From NCBI GenBank assembly GCA_964016885.1, contig OZ024740.1:24366001-24430000 (forward strand): a stretch of DNA of 64,000 nucleotides. The letters are read 5' to 3'. Positions 41,491 through 55,361 of this stretch are shown here, piece after piece. Source of the DNA: Eledone cirrhosa. Lineage: Eukaryota. A program made the translations under genes and the position numbers. Under the pieces are notes generated by a model. The model made no database searches and was not told where the DNA came from. It saw only the letters and a program-made list of their open reading frames with translations. Position 1 is the stretch's first letter; each line of letters begins with the position of its first letter.

Positions 41491-42903
41491 TTCAAGTTAT
41501 CAATAATGTAGTGATAATATATCGTCACGTTAGAGATGAACAGCGTACGTGTAGGTTTGCTCAACGAGTATAAATTATATTCCGGAGAAAATGTAGAAAA
41601 GATGAATATAAAATGAAAGTGATTTTATAAAGGAATTTATTAGGCATTGACATATGTTTCTGTAACAGACGGAATACCTATGTATCGCTGCTTGCGTAAT
41701 CATATAATGTTAGCAAGTATTCGATAGCAAATGTATAATCAGTTGTCACTTCTTCAGAGATATTGGATAAATTGGAAAAAATCAGAAAAAATCTAAGTAT
41801 TTATATTAGTTGTAAGAAAGGAAGAAGAGAAGGTATAGTATATGACAGATGGCAATTCAATTTGCTGGTAAACAAGTATATAGAAGGTTTTTAATGAGAA
41901 TACAATGAGTATATGGCTTATTTTATATAAATAAGAATTTTTGGGAGTGCCTATTTTAATCTGTATTTGACCAGTTGAACAATGGACAGAGCTGGTCGTT
42001 TGGTGTAGTAGTATTAATACAGATATAAAGTGTCAAGTAAGGAAGAGAGAGATTTTTACTGCTACTGTATAACAACAATGCTGGTAGCCTGCTGGTATAT
42101 GCATTAGGGAATTGAATTAAGAAATCTCATTTTATCTATAGCAATTTATATTAAATGGTAAAGAATAGAAGAGTTGATAGAATTAAGACTAATAGAGAAT
42201 GTTAATATGTATTTTGACAATCAAACGGAGATGGAGACAGGTGTTCAATCCTGGTGGCGTTTGTAATATGAAAATGTAGATTTCAAGCGATGGTTACAGT
42301 ATAACGATCGCTCTATTCAGTTATTTAATAAAACATTTTTGGAATTCATAATACAAAATATTTCCATATTACACAATTTACAAAATTCCTGTCCTTGGGT
42401 TTATGCAGGAGTAATAACTATTATATCCCATTTTAGGTTAAATTGTTGGTTATTTTCGCGCAGCTGCCAACACTTGTCTGCGAGTGTTGTTACATAACGC
42501 TGGTTTTCATGTTTTATCGAGTAACGATGTCTATAAAGGCGAGATTTGAAGGAGGTAACTGTATACCTCACATAGTACCACTTCTGGGTACCCGATTCGA
42601 TAGTACATTTGTATATGATGTTGCGTTCAAGACACTGATTGTTCAACGGACACATTCTTGGTTGGACACAGTTACAGTTATAATTATGCGTTGTTGTATT
42701 ACCATGGATGGGTTGATGAGGTTGCTTAGGCAGGACGGGATGTTGTTTGTTGTTTTGTGATGTTATAGCCGATGTTTTACGTGTATTGTTATGTGTTGGA
42801 AGGCGTTTATACAACCGTTTTGCGTTAAGCTTTTATATATGTTGTTCAATATTAGAGGCGGTTGAATATTCTACAGCACTTCATATCGACAGTTTGTTTG
42901 TTG

Positions 42904-42905
<2 letters not shown>
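41490..42905 (-). mobile_element. Truncated PLE-4: GIY-YIG plus 3' region
   Basis: ORF 42814-42401 has CNC..CPLNNQC..IIY..FKSRLYRH, continuing CKLC..LN..CNH. CTGAAGA...GAAA-catatg-TC at ~41648-41758. Confidence 0.85.
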
Positions 42906-42968
<63 letters not shown>

Positions 42969-43049
42969 CTACAACAAACAAACTGTCGATATGAAGTGCT
43001 GTAGAATAAACATTTAATATAGCGAGAGAACAGCAATTATAATAATTAA

Positions 43050-43050
43050 A

Positions 43051-43094
<44 letters not shown>

Positions 43095-43545
43095 GACCAG
43101 AGATGGTGTCTAAATATAACACCACCTTCTGCTGTTTCTAGTGCAATAGCTGCTGGTCTTGACGTTGATTATGATGATGATGATGATGATAATTATAATA
43201 AAATTAGTTATTAAAAATATATAAAGAATAAACACCATAATAATAGAAACAACAACAATGACAACAACATCAATACAGGAGCAACAACAATTACAGCAAC
43301 ATAAATATAGAAACAACAACAATGACAACAACAACAACAACAACAACAACAGCATTATAGAAAGAACAACAATGACAACAACATCAGTATAGAAACAACA
43401 ACAACAACATCATTATAGAAACAACAACAATCACAACAACACCATTATAGAAACAACAACAATGACAACAACATCAGTATAGAAACAACAACAATGACAA
43501 CAACATCAGTATAGAAACAACAACAATGACAACAACATCAGTGAA
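43050..43545. repeat. (CTA)n, (GAT)n and compound (CAA)n repeats
   Basis: Direct inspection. Confidence 0.9.
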
Positions 43546-43800
43546 AACAACAGAATTTCACTTTTTTGCAAATGGGGTTATGTGTGTTGGAAAAGCCGAC
43601 AAAATAAGGATAGAATTTTAATCTGTATTTTTAATCCCAGTTTAATTTTTCAAAAAAATAAGGAGATGTGTGTATAAGTATTGTGTATGTGTATGTATAA
43701 GTATTATGTGTATGTGTGTTTCAGAAACCATTATGTGTATGTGTATAGGTATGTATGTTTCCTATGTTAAAATCATGTATGTTTGTGTTTGTAAGTGTAA

Positions 43801-43921
43801 GTGTGTTGCCTATGCTAAATTCATGTATGTGTATGGGTTTCTATACATTACTGTTTTACACGTATTAACAGTCGTGTATAGAAACCCATACACATACATG
43901 AATTTAGCATAGGCAACACAC
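43801..43921. repeat. Fold-back hairpin, ~55-bp arms
   Basis: GTGTTGCCTATGCTAAATTCATG... pairs with ...CATGAATTTAGCATAGGCAACAC. Confidence 0.88.
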
Positions 43922-44139
43922 ATACACATACAAACACAAACACACCCACACACCCACACACACACACACTCACTCTCACATATATATATATATATATATA
44001 TACATACTATATCGGTATATAAGCATATATATATATACACATATATATATATGTATACACAAATATACACACGCAATATATATATATATACATATATATG
44101 AACATTTATATAGATGCATACATATATGTATACGCACAC

Positions 44140-44276
<137 letters not shown>

Positions 44277-44959
44277 CATATCCGCTTTTAATTGAAAGCC
44301 TTAAATGTGAAAAGAAATAACTGGTATATGTAAAACATACACCTATTCCTCTGTACCCAGAAAACAGTATAAAATTAGTTATAATTGCACTTCAGAGATT
44401 CTTGTTGCCTCATCAGAAAATAATTGGGTCTATAATTATGTCTACGATGGAATAATGGAATAACATCGCTATTTATGTCTTCCAAAATATATATTAAAAC
44501 TATATGAAATTGCCTATCAAATTAATAGCGTTATGTAACTAAATACATGATAAATACTTTTCCTATGACACAGTGAATAATTGAATATTTTAGGCTAAAC
44601 TTAAAGTGAATGTATCTCCCGTTTTGGAATTCGAAATTTTAACTTTGAAAATAATGTATTGTGAAGTGTAGACACTGTCAAGTATTACTCCGTACTTGGA
44701 AAACCATAATAGATTATTTCTTTGCTTGTGTTTCCAAAGACCTTTGGTGTCTCATATATATACGATACTAAATATATTAATAGCGATGATATTTATTTAT
44801 ATCATATAGAAATAACCTCTCCAAAACTAGAAATATTTCATTCGTTTGATAATTCCCCAGGAATAATCTGATGATATATATACGATTTTAAAATGTTCCT
44901 ATCATCGATTAGTATCTGCTTTTATTGCCGCTACAATTTCGATTTATGATATTATTAGT

Positions 44960-45029
<70 letters not shown>

Positions 45030-45030
45030 G

Positions 45031-45211
45031 CTTTCACCGTATTTTTGACTAAAGGAATTTTAGCCTGATAATGGGGTTTAGAACCCTCAGATAAATGGAA
45101 AAAGAAGAGTATTGACGTACATGTACGTCAATACTCATCTTTTCCCATTTATCTGAGGGTTCTAAACCCCATTATCAGACTAAAGTCCCCTTAGTCAAAA
45201 TGCGGTGAAAG
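45031..45211. repeat. Spacer-less palindrome, ~90-bp arms
   Basis: Centre GACGTACA|TGTACGTC at 45121/45122. TA tract on the left. The right arm extends ~50 nt. Confidence 0.9.
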
Positions 45212-45265
45212 GTATTCTGTTTTCTAATTTCAAACCTGCTCACTGTTTCAAAACTTACTTACTTG

Positions 45266-45298
<33 letters not shown>

Positions 45299-45299
45299 G

Positions 45300-45396
<97 letters not shown>

Positions 45397-45526
45397 TGTA
45401 TTTGACTTCCGTATTTCTAAAGAAATACGCTATTTATAAAAATAAAATATTTAGAAAGCCGTAGCTATGTAAAAACAGCGGCAGCTGACGCCACCTGGCG
45501 GTGTCCAGCAGCAGCAAGGGGTACAT

Positions 45527-45568
45527 TCGTCGATGCATTTCGAACTCGACTGGTCCTCGTCAGGACGA
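45527..45568 (-). ncRNA. Minimal hammerhead ribozyme
   Basis: tcgtc-CTGACGA-ggac-cagtcga-gttc-GAAA-tgca-TC-gacga, with all stems paired. Confidence 0.85.
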
Positions 45569-45639
45569 TCTCTTCCGCTCTTGCAACTGCTGGACTTTGA
45601 AAACAGGTGAAAATATTAGTTTTTTCGTCTGTGTAAATG

Positions 45640-46420
45640 AGGTGTTTATATGTGTTTATATGTGTTTATATGTTTGTTGTTATTGTAATTGTGTATATAT
45701 TTATTTATCTAAGCATAGAAATGACCCAACGGGCAGGCAAATCATGTGTATATATTTATTTATCTAAGCATAGAAATGACTCAACGGGCAGGCAAATCAG
45801 AGAAGCAACTGAAATAGAACTAAGAGGACCGAAGTTGAACACAAAGAATGAATGGAATAACAACGACCATACCTAAACAAAAAATACTGACTTAAGGGAA
45901 ATATAAATAAATAAATAAATATAGATATATAGACAAGTACAATAACAACAAACACATATAAACACACACTAGTGAACAAAGATAGAATACAAAAACAAAA
46001 ACAAATACACTCAAAAGCGAACACACACACCAAACATTAAACACACACACAAACGCATGCGCAGAGATAAAGACAAGACGAAATAAGTAAATAAATAAAA
46101 TAAATATGGCGTAGGCTTTACAATACAACTTAGAAAACATAATAGTACCACTGATGATGTTGTAGATGTGTGACAAAAGAAATTTGATAGACTATATATA
46201 TATATTTATATCTATATTTTTAACCGTTCATCAGTCAATGATAAACATTGATTGCCAAATAAATTAACTATGGAGATATAAAAGATACAGAAGCGAAAAC
46301 CAACCCAAACCAAGCAGTGTGTGTGTTCTGTTATTATTTCTGGCAATATTATAACAATATGACCCAAGTATAACAATATTTGTTTCGACACACGAGTTCA
46401 TATAAAAAAAACCTTTCAAA
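45640..46420 (+). mobile_element. 3' fragment of a PLE-3 relative with inverted and duplicated 5' junction and tail
   Basis: KHRNDSTGRQIREATEIELRGPKLNTKNEWNN matches the PLE-3 C-terminus. The pLTR matches 8190-8700. Confidence 0.88.
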
Positions 46421-46428
46421 ACACACAC

Positions 46429-46467
<39 letters not shown>

Positions 46468-46469
46468 AA

Positions 46470-47828
46470 AGAATAGAGGTGTAACACACGAGTTATGATA
46501 TATTGGTAAAAGGAAAAGAAAATGCTGACAAATTGTTCCGAGTGAAAACTAGTTTAATTAGGAATAAGCAAAAATTAGTAATAGTATTGATTAGTATTCA
46601 GTTTTGGTTTAAGTTTTACCGGTTGCGCATTTCTAATGCTTTTCAAAAATAATTTTGAGATAGAGCGCCCGTGATGTTTGCTCTAATCTGATTAGTTTGG
46701 GAAATTCTACCTGTTTTATGTGAAAAAAGAGGCTCCAGATGTATTAAAATAAGTTTCGCGCTAATTCGTGTTGCAAAAATTATTGTGGTCAAAACAATTT
46801 TGATTGGTCGGTAGAGGTCATGTGAATGTTAAAAATTGATTTTTCGCCTAATGTAGGTTTGTCTCAGCTGATTGAGAAGTCACTGAAAATAAGTCTTTCA
46901 AGACAAATATGTGTGTGTGAGTAGTAGTAGTAGTAGTAAAGAGGTTCATTGTTGTGTTAATGGTCACTAGGGATGTGTGTGTGAATTGCAGTCTGTTGAC
47001 AGGTCAACAGTTCAGGTGACTATTAAGACAAGTGTGTGTGTGTGTGCGTGTGTGTGTGTAGCAGAGTAATTCGTGGTAGAGGGATCGGTCAGTAGGAATG
47101 TGTCTGTACTTGTGTGGGGGATATTTTAACATGTTAAAAGATATTTTTTAGCTCTTGTCTTATACGGAGAAGTGTGTGTGTGTGTATGTTTCTTTGTATG
47201 TTAGTGTACGCGTGTGTATGTGTGTGTGTATATATGTGTGTGGGTGTGTATATGTGTGTATGTGTGTGGGTGGACCAGTATTTTTGTGATACTGGTAAAA
47301 ATGGTGTACATTATTCGATATTTTCAGTAAAAATGATTCTCTCAATAGAACATCAAAAACCTTAATAATAAAAGGTGTGAAATGATATATAGTATTGACA
47401 TAACACCAAGGTGTGTGTGAGTATCCAGATTGTACGTACTGCAAGGGGAATCCATTAGGCCCTGCCGTATTGGAATACTTGTGTACAAATATGTATGTGC
47501 CCATCAGTGTGAAATGCATGTGTGCGTATATGTATGTGTGTGTGTCGGCACATTTATATCTATAGACATCAAAAGGTATGCAAATTTGTGTATATTTGTG
47601 TTGCACCATAGAACATGTGTGTTTACGTATGTCATTGTGTTTATATGTGGATAGAGATATATGTAGGATGTATGCTGATGTAGGTATGTATGTTGACGTG
47701 TGTATGTTGTGGGTTCGTCTTAGGGAGAAGTGTTTAGACGGGGTCCGTATTTGTTAATAAAGTGAGATTCCTTGCTGATGCGCTGGGTGTGGGTGGCATT
47801 ATCTCTAAATTTGTAGAGTGGAAAGATT
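46470..47828 (-). mobile_element. 3' end of a PLE-1-related element (left boundary uncertain)
   Basis: 47828-47720 encodes IFPLYKFRDNATHTQRISKESHFINKYGPRLN, homologous to the PLE-1 C-terminus, followed by a long non-coding region. Confidence 0.65.
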
Positions 47829-47848
47829 CTCTACCATACTATTATTAT

Positions 47849-48098
47849 GGAACGACACAGTAAACAAGACGTCGTCACGGTAAGCGCCGCCACCCAGGTG
47901 GGGCATTTCCGCTCCGAGACAGTCAAGGAGGTAAAGGCCCACCAGATCCGTCACCTGGGCCGAGTCTGTGGATCCCGTGGTGATGTCGAAATTGTCTGGC
48001 CAATCCTTCCTAGTCCACAGGTGACCGTTGAATTCAATTAAGGTTTTCCTAGCTAGGAGAATAATGCTAATTTCCTCGGATGTAAGGTCGGTGTGTAA
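47849..48098 (-). mobile_element. PLE RT core fragment (not in the ORF track)
   Basis: IILLARKTLIEFNGHLWTRKDWPDNFDITTGSTDSAQVTDLVGLYLL..GAYRDD. Confidence 0.85.
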
Positions 48099-48236
48099 GC
48101 TAGTTTATATATATATATATATGTGTGTGTATGTGTGTGTATTCAAAGTAGTTTTTAAGAAAGAGAGGGGGAAATATAGATAAATACAGAAAACGAAAGA
48201 AGAGCAAGAAAGCGAGACAGAGAAACTGAGCAACGA

Positions 48237-48313
<77 letters not shown>

Positions 48314-48946
48314 CCAGTATGGGCGCTGTTCATGATAACTTGAGTTAAATATCTGTGTTTTATATTTTCTTGATCTTGTATATTTAAGGTTCCATCATTT
48401 CGGTTTATTCAATTATTATAGTTCGATTATGACAAATACAACGTGTTGAATCAGTGTGTACTGTCACTGCTTAAATATCTCGGCTAGATTAAAACTGTAC
48501 TGCTTAACTTCATATTAGTCCATCTAAAGTATATAATCACATTCTCGCAAAATCATGTTCACAATAAACATTTGCACACATAATGTACTCGCAGTTCTCT
48601 ATGTACTACTTATTTCTTGAGTATATTTATTTATGCGTAAAGTAGCCATTTACAGATTATGTATTAATACATAATGCAAAAAGGAATGGTAATCTGAAAT
48701 TTTCATAAGATTACAAAACCTCATTTTGCACTAAACGTAATACGGAAGGGGGAAAGACTCAGTGGTGTCCATATAATAAATATGCCTCTAATAGTAACCT
48801 CCATAATACAGTGACATTATTCTTAGTAAATCCACTTGCATCCCATTCCTTCTTTGTTTCCATCGGACATCCAAAACAAAAGCTAAAAATCTATAACCCC
48901 TATATATATATATATATAAATGAAAGGTATAGAAAACACTGCAACG

Positions 48947-49006
<60 letters not shown>

Positions 49007-49011
<5 letters not shown>

Positions 49012-49190
49012 AACAAGTATGACCCCGACGGCAGAGCTCAATTCTGGACTAGTCCAGAATTAGCCGTCGAAACGGCTTGAACTCTGCCGTCGGGGTCATA
49101 CTTGTTCCTATTACCCACTCTAGTACCCTAAGTATTGAGTACTTTGGTGCGTTATGGTCCATCTGGTTCCTTACCACATTTCCTTCGTTA
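49007..49190. repeat. Family H copy 5
   Basis: Hairpin 49007-49111 with centre TCTGGACTAGTCCAGA. Tail to 49190. Confidence 0.9.
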
Positions 49191-49399
49191 TATATATATA
49201 TATATATATAGGGGTTCTACTAGCGGATTATAGAGTCGTGTAAGATCGATACAGATCGAACCTTGAGCTGATCAGTGGCGAAACGCGCGTCACCTTCCAA
49301 TAAATGTAATGAAGGAGTAACCAATCGTCCTTGTTATCTTTTCAATATATATATATATATAATCAGGGAGTGTAAACACAGAAAATATCATAAAAAATA

Positions 49400-49680
49400 T
49401 ATAAAAAATATAGATTCCAAAAAATTCAGTGTTCTTACTATATGTGCCCTTATGGCGGTTTCAGATACCAAACAAATAGATAATCCAAACGGATTTACAT
49501 TGAGAAAGAGACCCTCGTCAGGAGGCTTTTCTCTCTCGGAGAATATAAAATTCCCGAGTTCAAATTACAAACTGGCGCCATACAAAACTGCCTCAGAATG
49601 AGCAAGAATGAATGATGAAACAATTTTATCTAGTACCGAGTGTAAAGACAGAAAGCAAGGTGGACAGGTCAAACCCGTGC
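49400..49680 (-). mobile_element. Hammerhead-bearing dispersed repeat (second copy 57390-57690, +)
   Basis: Shared CTCGGAGAATATAAAATTCC.GAGTTCAAATTAC.AACTGGCGC. Both copies carry CTGACGA...GAAAccg. Confidence 0.72.
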
Positions 49681-49741
49681 TGCTAAAATATAGCAGCCGT
49701 TCAAACGACCAGAAGTTTCTCTACCGTTGGGGAGAATAATG

Positions 49742-49881
49742 TTAAAGGTATATGTTCCTACATGTAATTAATACACATAGGAACATAAGTATAGTCCGAC
49801 CGTATGTTAGTGTGGTTTAATGGCAAGGTCGGACTATACTTATGTCCCTATGTGTATTAATTACATGTAGGAACATATACC

Positions 49882-49886
<5 letters not shown>
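49742..49886. repeat. Fold-back hairpin, ~60-bp arms
   Basis: 49742-49801 pairs with 49826-49886. Confidence 0.9.
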
Positions 49887-49918
<32 letters not shown>

Positions 49919-49919
49919 T

Positions 49920-50105
49920 ATAACGTTGGAGGTATGGTAAGGAACCAGATGGACCATAACGCACCAGAGTACTCAATACTTAGGGTAGTAGAATGGGTAA
50001 TAGGAACATGTTTAACCCCGACGGCAGAGCTCAAGCTATTTCGACGGCTATTTCTGGACTGTCGAAACGGCTTGATCTCTGCCGTCGGGGTTACACATTT
50101 TCTTA
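49920..50105. repeat. Family H copy 6
   Basis: Tail then hairpin, with a deletion in the right arm. Confidence 0.88.
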
Positions 50106-50208
50106 CACACACATATATATATATATATGTGTGTGTGTGTTAGGTAATTCCATAGGAAAAGCAAAGGAAAAAAGAGTGCTCTATGTATAGAACAGAGCTA
50201 TTTAATTG

Positions 50209-50433
50209 GAAAGTGAACAACACAATATATAACTACTCCATTACCAAAGGTTTCTGGATCACAGACGATAATAATATATACGTCTGGATAGTTCGTCAGA
50301 CATATGTTATAGATAAAAATAATTGTTATCTGTAACATCTGTCTGACGAACGATCCAGACGTATATATTATTATCGTCTGTGATCCAGAAACCTTTGGTA
50401 ATGGAGTAGTTATATATTGTGTTGTTCACTTTC
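50209..50433. repeat. Fold-back, ~108-bp arms, each with a hammerhead-like core
   Basis: CTGACGA(50343)-gatccagacg..cgtctgtgatc-GAAA-cctttgg-TA. Stem I is weak. Confidence 0.88.
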
Positions 50434-50548
50434 TAAATATATATATATATATATGTATGTGTGTGTATGTATGTATATATAGATATATTTGAGTGTGTTC
50501 TGTTATTATTTCTGACAATATTATAACAATATGACCCTCCCCAAGGAT

Positions 50549-50584
<36 letters not shown>

Positions 50585-51877
50585 ATAATAATACTATTTA
50601 TAATTATGTATATAGTATAAACAACTATAAACAGGAAAGGTCAACATCAATATATATGTATCTATATTATTGTTCAGTTGTATAGGAGGTTAATTACATG
50701 TATAAACATTGGTAATGTTCCGATGATTCCAAATGAGAGTTTGGAAGAAACGATTGTCAGCTATTAAATGATTTGAACACAACTTTGATAATTGTCTAAT
50801 ATACATATATACCTATATTCATATATATATATATATATATTATGAAGTGTCTGTATCCGACGGCTGAGCTGTTGCTGTTTCAACAGCTAGTTCTAAATTT
50901 ATATATATATATATATAGAGAGAGAGAGAATTACATATGTGTTTGTGTGTGAGTGAGTCTTAGCATGCACATATGTATATGTATGTCTCTCTCTGAATAA
51001 CCATGTAGATATATATAGATATATTTAGTTACGAGACTTAGTGTTTAAGGCGTATGGTTCCCAATCTCGTGGTTGGTTTTATCCTTGAGCAAGACAGTTT
51101 ATTTCATGGTGTTCCAGTCAACGCTATATGATAAATTGTTACTGTAATTCGAAGGGCAGGTGTTTCCACATAGTATATCATGATGAATCTGCCACAGAAT
51201 CACTCATGAATAATCTGTCCAGGTATTCAAACGACTGGAATACCCATCGTTGGAGCCGACGGCGGTTAAACACACTTTTACTCATATGTATACATATGTA
51301 TATAAACATATGTACAATATATATTTTTAATATTTAATATTTCATAAGATTAATTATATCGAAACCAGTAATATTTTTTTATAAAACCCCTTAAAAAAAA
51401 TGTTTTCTCCTCTTTTCAAAAATAACACTTTGTCGGATGATAGAAGAGAAGGCTCCTTAAATATACCACCGTGCTGTTTCTATTCTAATATTTTTCTATA
51501 CATATATGTATATAAGTATATGTAGAATATATATATATAATCATATACAAATAGATATTTAAATATGAATGTATGTATATACATCATGTTACATATATGG
51601 GTCATTCGTAGAGAAAGTTCACAGTATCCTTGAACGCTAGGGCAAGTGTCCTCTCACAGTTCTCTTCCTCCAATTTATAGTCGCACCCACAGGCAGCAAA
51701 CCCATTCACTCGGACCATTCCCACCTTGACTTTTTGCAGGAGAATAATGAAAAAGTTAATCAGGGATTTGCCAAAGAGGAATGTGCCATTGGAAGCGCAT
51801 CCACTTCATGACCTCTATCGCCACTACCACTAAACAGATAACAACTGCTTGGCCTTGCCCACTAAAGAAACAAGGCA

Positions 51878-53845
51878 TCGTAATCTCCACCTAATGCGAT
51901 ACATTATAGAGAGGGTAGGGTGTAAACCGGGCTTCGGTGGGGCTCTGATCAAATTAGATCAATCGAAAGCATTCGATAGGATCAACCATCGGTACCTGGA
52001 GGCTGTCCTCAGAGCAGCTTTTCGACTCCGTCTTCAGAAACTGGATCGCTGCAATGCACAACGGCATCTGCTCGATGGTCAAAGTTAATGGCCACCTCTC
52101 GGAACTGTTTCAGATCTCCCGATCGGTCCATCAATGGTGCTCTTTCTCCTCCCTTCTGTACGTATTGACTCTCGAGACTTTACTGCGGAAGCTGGAGCTG
52201 TTGCAGGGCATCCCGCTTGAACCGGGACGCGGAAAGGATGTGTCGGCTTAAGCGAACGACATCACCGTGATGGTGACGGATACCTCGGAAATCGAGGTGG
52301 TCGGCAACTTATTGGAGAAATATGAAAGGTTGACTGGAGAAAAACTTAACCCGGAAAAGTCGGTGGGCTTGCAACTCGTCACCTGGAGAGGCAAGTCCAT
52401 GCCGTCCAACAGCGCCGTGGGGCGCTGAACGGACGGAGCGATAAAGTTGCTCGGGGTTTGGTTCGGACCAGACCTCCAGGTGGATAAGAATTGGGACGAG
52501 GTGGCGGGCAGATAGCCAGTTTCACCCAGAAATGGGCTGCGAGGAAGCTATCACTGAAAGGTCGGGCGGAGGTGGCGAACGCGTGCATCATGTCCGTCAT
52601 CTACTACCGCCTGATCGTCGTCTGTTGCCCCCGAACGACTCCTCTTCAAATTCTTGTGGAAGGGACAGGTTCCGTTGGTGAGGCAGTCCATATGCTGCCA
52701 GCACTACCTCTACGTGGAGGGTTGGGCATGCCGTGACTAATGATGCGCAGACATGTGCTGAGGCTGCGGCATCTCCAGATATTCTGCCTAAACGATGAAC
52801 AGGTGTGGACACCGTTTGTCAGACGGGCTTCTCCGCAGCTCGTCTCTTTGACTGAGCTGCAGTCTTATGTCAAGAAGAGACCTAAGCTGGGTGACTGGCA
52901 CCTGGAATGTTGCCAGGCACTCACTGTCCTCTACCAGGCGGGCAATGCGGTCAGTGGTACTTCTACTCTCGAGTTATATAGAGGATTAGTGGTGGGCAAG
53001 TGCGACGACGTACTCGGAGAAGCTCTGGGCGTCGACAAAGTCGAACTAACCAGTCTGTTCCGGAAGACTTTCGAGCGAGGGACCATGGATAACTTCCAAA
53101 GATCGCTCGCTTGGCAGTGCGACGGGGGGGGGGGGGGCACTGCCGGTTCGAGATGAACTCTACAGGACACGGAAGTGCTGTCAGACGTACCTGCCCGAGA
53201 TGCGCGCAGAGCGACGAATCCATTCTGCACGCACTCGTCCAGTGTCCGTGCATTACTGACTTATGGAGTTACGTCGACTGCGGTTGTCGCGTGTAGAACG
53301 GATCCGGCTATAAGCCAAGACCATAGTGAAGATCGACCCGCTGCCTTCTCTTGGCCGGGTAGAGTAGGCAATTTCCTCTGTCTGGTGGCAGTAGCGAAAG
53401 AGGTTCTATAGTGGACCAGATTGAAAGGACTGAAGGCAGACATTTTTCTCTTCGGCCAACCCCTCATCAACTTTTTCAAGTTTCACTTGGAAAGGAAGGT
53501 GAGGGTGGAGAGAGAAGTGATGCTCCCCAGTGCATTTGCTGAAAGGTGGGTTAATGTGCCGAGAATGGTCAGTGTGAGTGGGCCTACTCTGATCATGCGC
53601 CCGTAGGTGGTTGAATTTGAAGAGGAGAGGGGTGCACTTCCCTGGAGCTCTCGAAGCGCTGGGTGGTTCAGGATTGGTGGGTTACCTCAGTCAACTCTGG
53701 CTAGTTATTCCCCCTATTGAGGAATTTCATTGTCGTATTGTTCTTGTTATTTTGTTATTTATATTTATATTTTTACACGCTCTGTCATTTATATTGTCCC
53801 CTATATGTCGGCGCTTGTGGCCAATAAATGAAACTATTATTATTG
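51878..53845 (+). mobile_element. 5'-truncated Tx1/L1-clade LINE
   Basis: LDQSKAFDRINH, VKVNGHLS, SSLLYVL, KLLGVWF, LSLKGRAEVAN, GGLGMP, CPRC..ESILHALVQC. AATAAA at 53823, then (ATT)/(AGT)n. Confidence 0.92.
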
Positions 53846-53849
53846 CTGT

Positions 53850-53906
<57 letters not shown>

Positions 53907-55073
53907 AAGTAGTAGTAGTAGCAGCAGCAGCAGCAGTAGCAGCAGTGGTAGTGGTAGTTTGACGAGGAGGGGTAGGAGGACAGAAGAACAACGAAGTTGT
54001 GGAATAAGATGTGGTTACGAAGAAGAGAAAAAGTACACCCTCTCCTCCTAAAAAGAAAACAAAAATAAACGAAAAGAAGCCGAAGAAGAAAAAGAAGAAT
54101 AGATGGAAGATGGAAGATGGCGTGGAAAACAGAAGAGAGAAAGAGATATGCAAACAAGCAAATAAATAAAGATGAAAAAAAGAGTAATAATTTAAGTGAT
54201 GGAAGAAAATGGAAGGAAATGGAAGAAGATCGAAGATAGATGTAGGAAAGAGGAGCCCAGGATTGATAGAATAAAGAAGGTCTTAGGAATAGAATTTAAA
54301 GAGAAAGACAGTAAGTTGGACGTAGAGTTGTATGTCGGCTGCTATTAGATAAAGTATTTATAGGAAGTAGATTGGACTCAAGTGGCGACCTCTCGTGTGG
54401 AAAACAAGTAGAGAAATTGGAGAGTTGCAGAGTTAAGTAGGGGAAAATAAGAAAGATAGAAATTATTGACAATATGGCGTCTGGACAAAACCTCAGAAAT
54501 GTTTTACAAGAAGTAATGTGTCTTCTCGAATAAATTGCATTGCATGGCATAGCATTATCTGCAAGTGTACGTACGTACTTACGTATGTAATAGATGTATG
54601 TATGTGTGTATGTATGCATGCATGTATATATTATCTGTGTATGTATATATGTATGTATGTATGCATGAATGTATGTATGTATATATATCTATGTAGGTTT
54701 GATTATATCTGTGTGTATGTATGATTTTATGTGTGTGTATGTATGAGCGATTACATGTATGTATGTGTGTAAACGATGTAAGTGTTTACATTAGAACCTA
54801 TTAAATCATGTGTGATTATCTGTGTGCGCATATGTGCGTGTGTGTGCATAAGTATGTGTGTGCGCATATGTGTGTGTGCGCATGTTTATGTGTGTGTGCC
54901 TGTACTTGCGTGTCAGTTTGTAGAGGCATAAATGGATATGTATGAATATAAAGAAACAAATTATAGTTGTACACACACACACACACACACACATACACAC
55001 ACATATGAACACCCCCTACACCCACACGCACACGCACACACACACACACGCACACACACACACACACATACAT

Positions 55074-55113
<40 letters not shown>

Positions 55114-55330
55114 CTCTCTATATATATATATATATGACGATTGACTCACGGGATAACCTGACAAGATGGTACACAGAAAAGAAATATGTGGTATGTGACT
55201 TTATTGTCACACACACACACACACACACACACAAACTCACACACATACACACACACACACATACACACACAAATACACACATACACACACACATACTCAC
55301 ACACATACACACACACATACACACACACAT

Positions 55331-55361
<31 letters not shown>

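Noticed and set aside
49262-49292. GCGAAACGCGCGTC hammerhead 3' half
   Set aside because: No valid CTGANGA core with pairing stems upstream.
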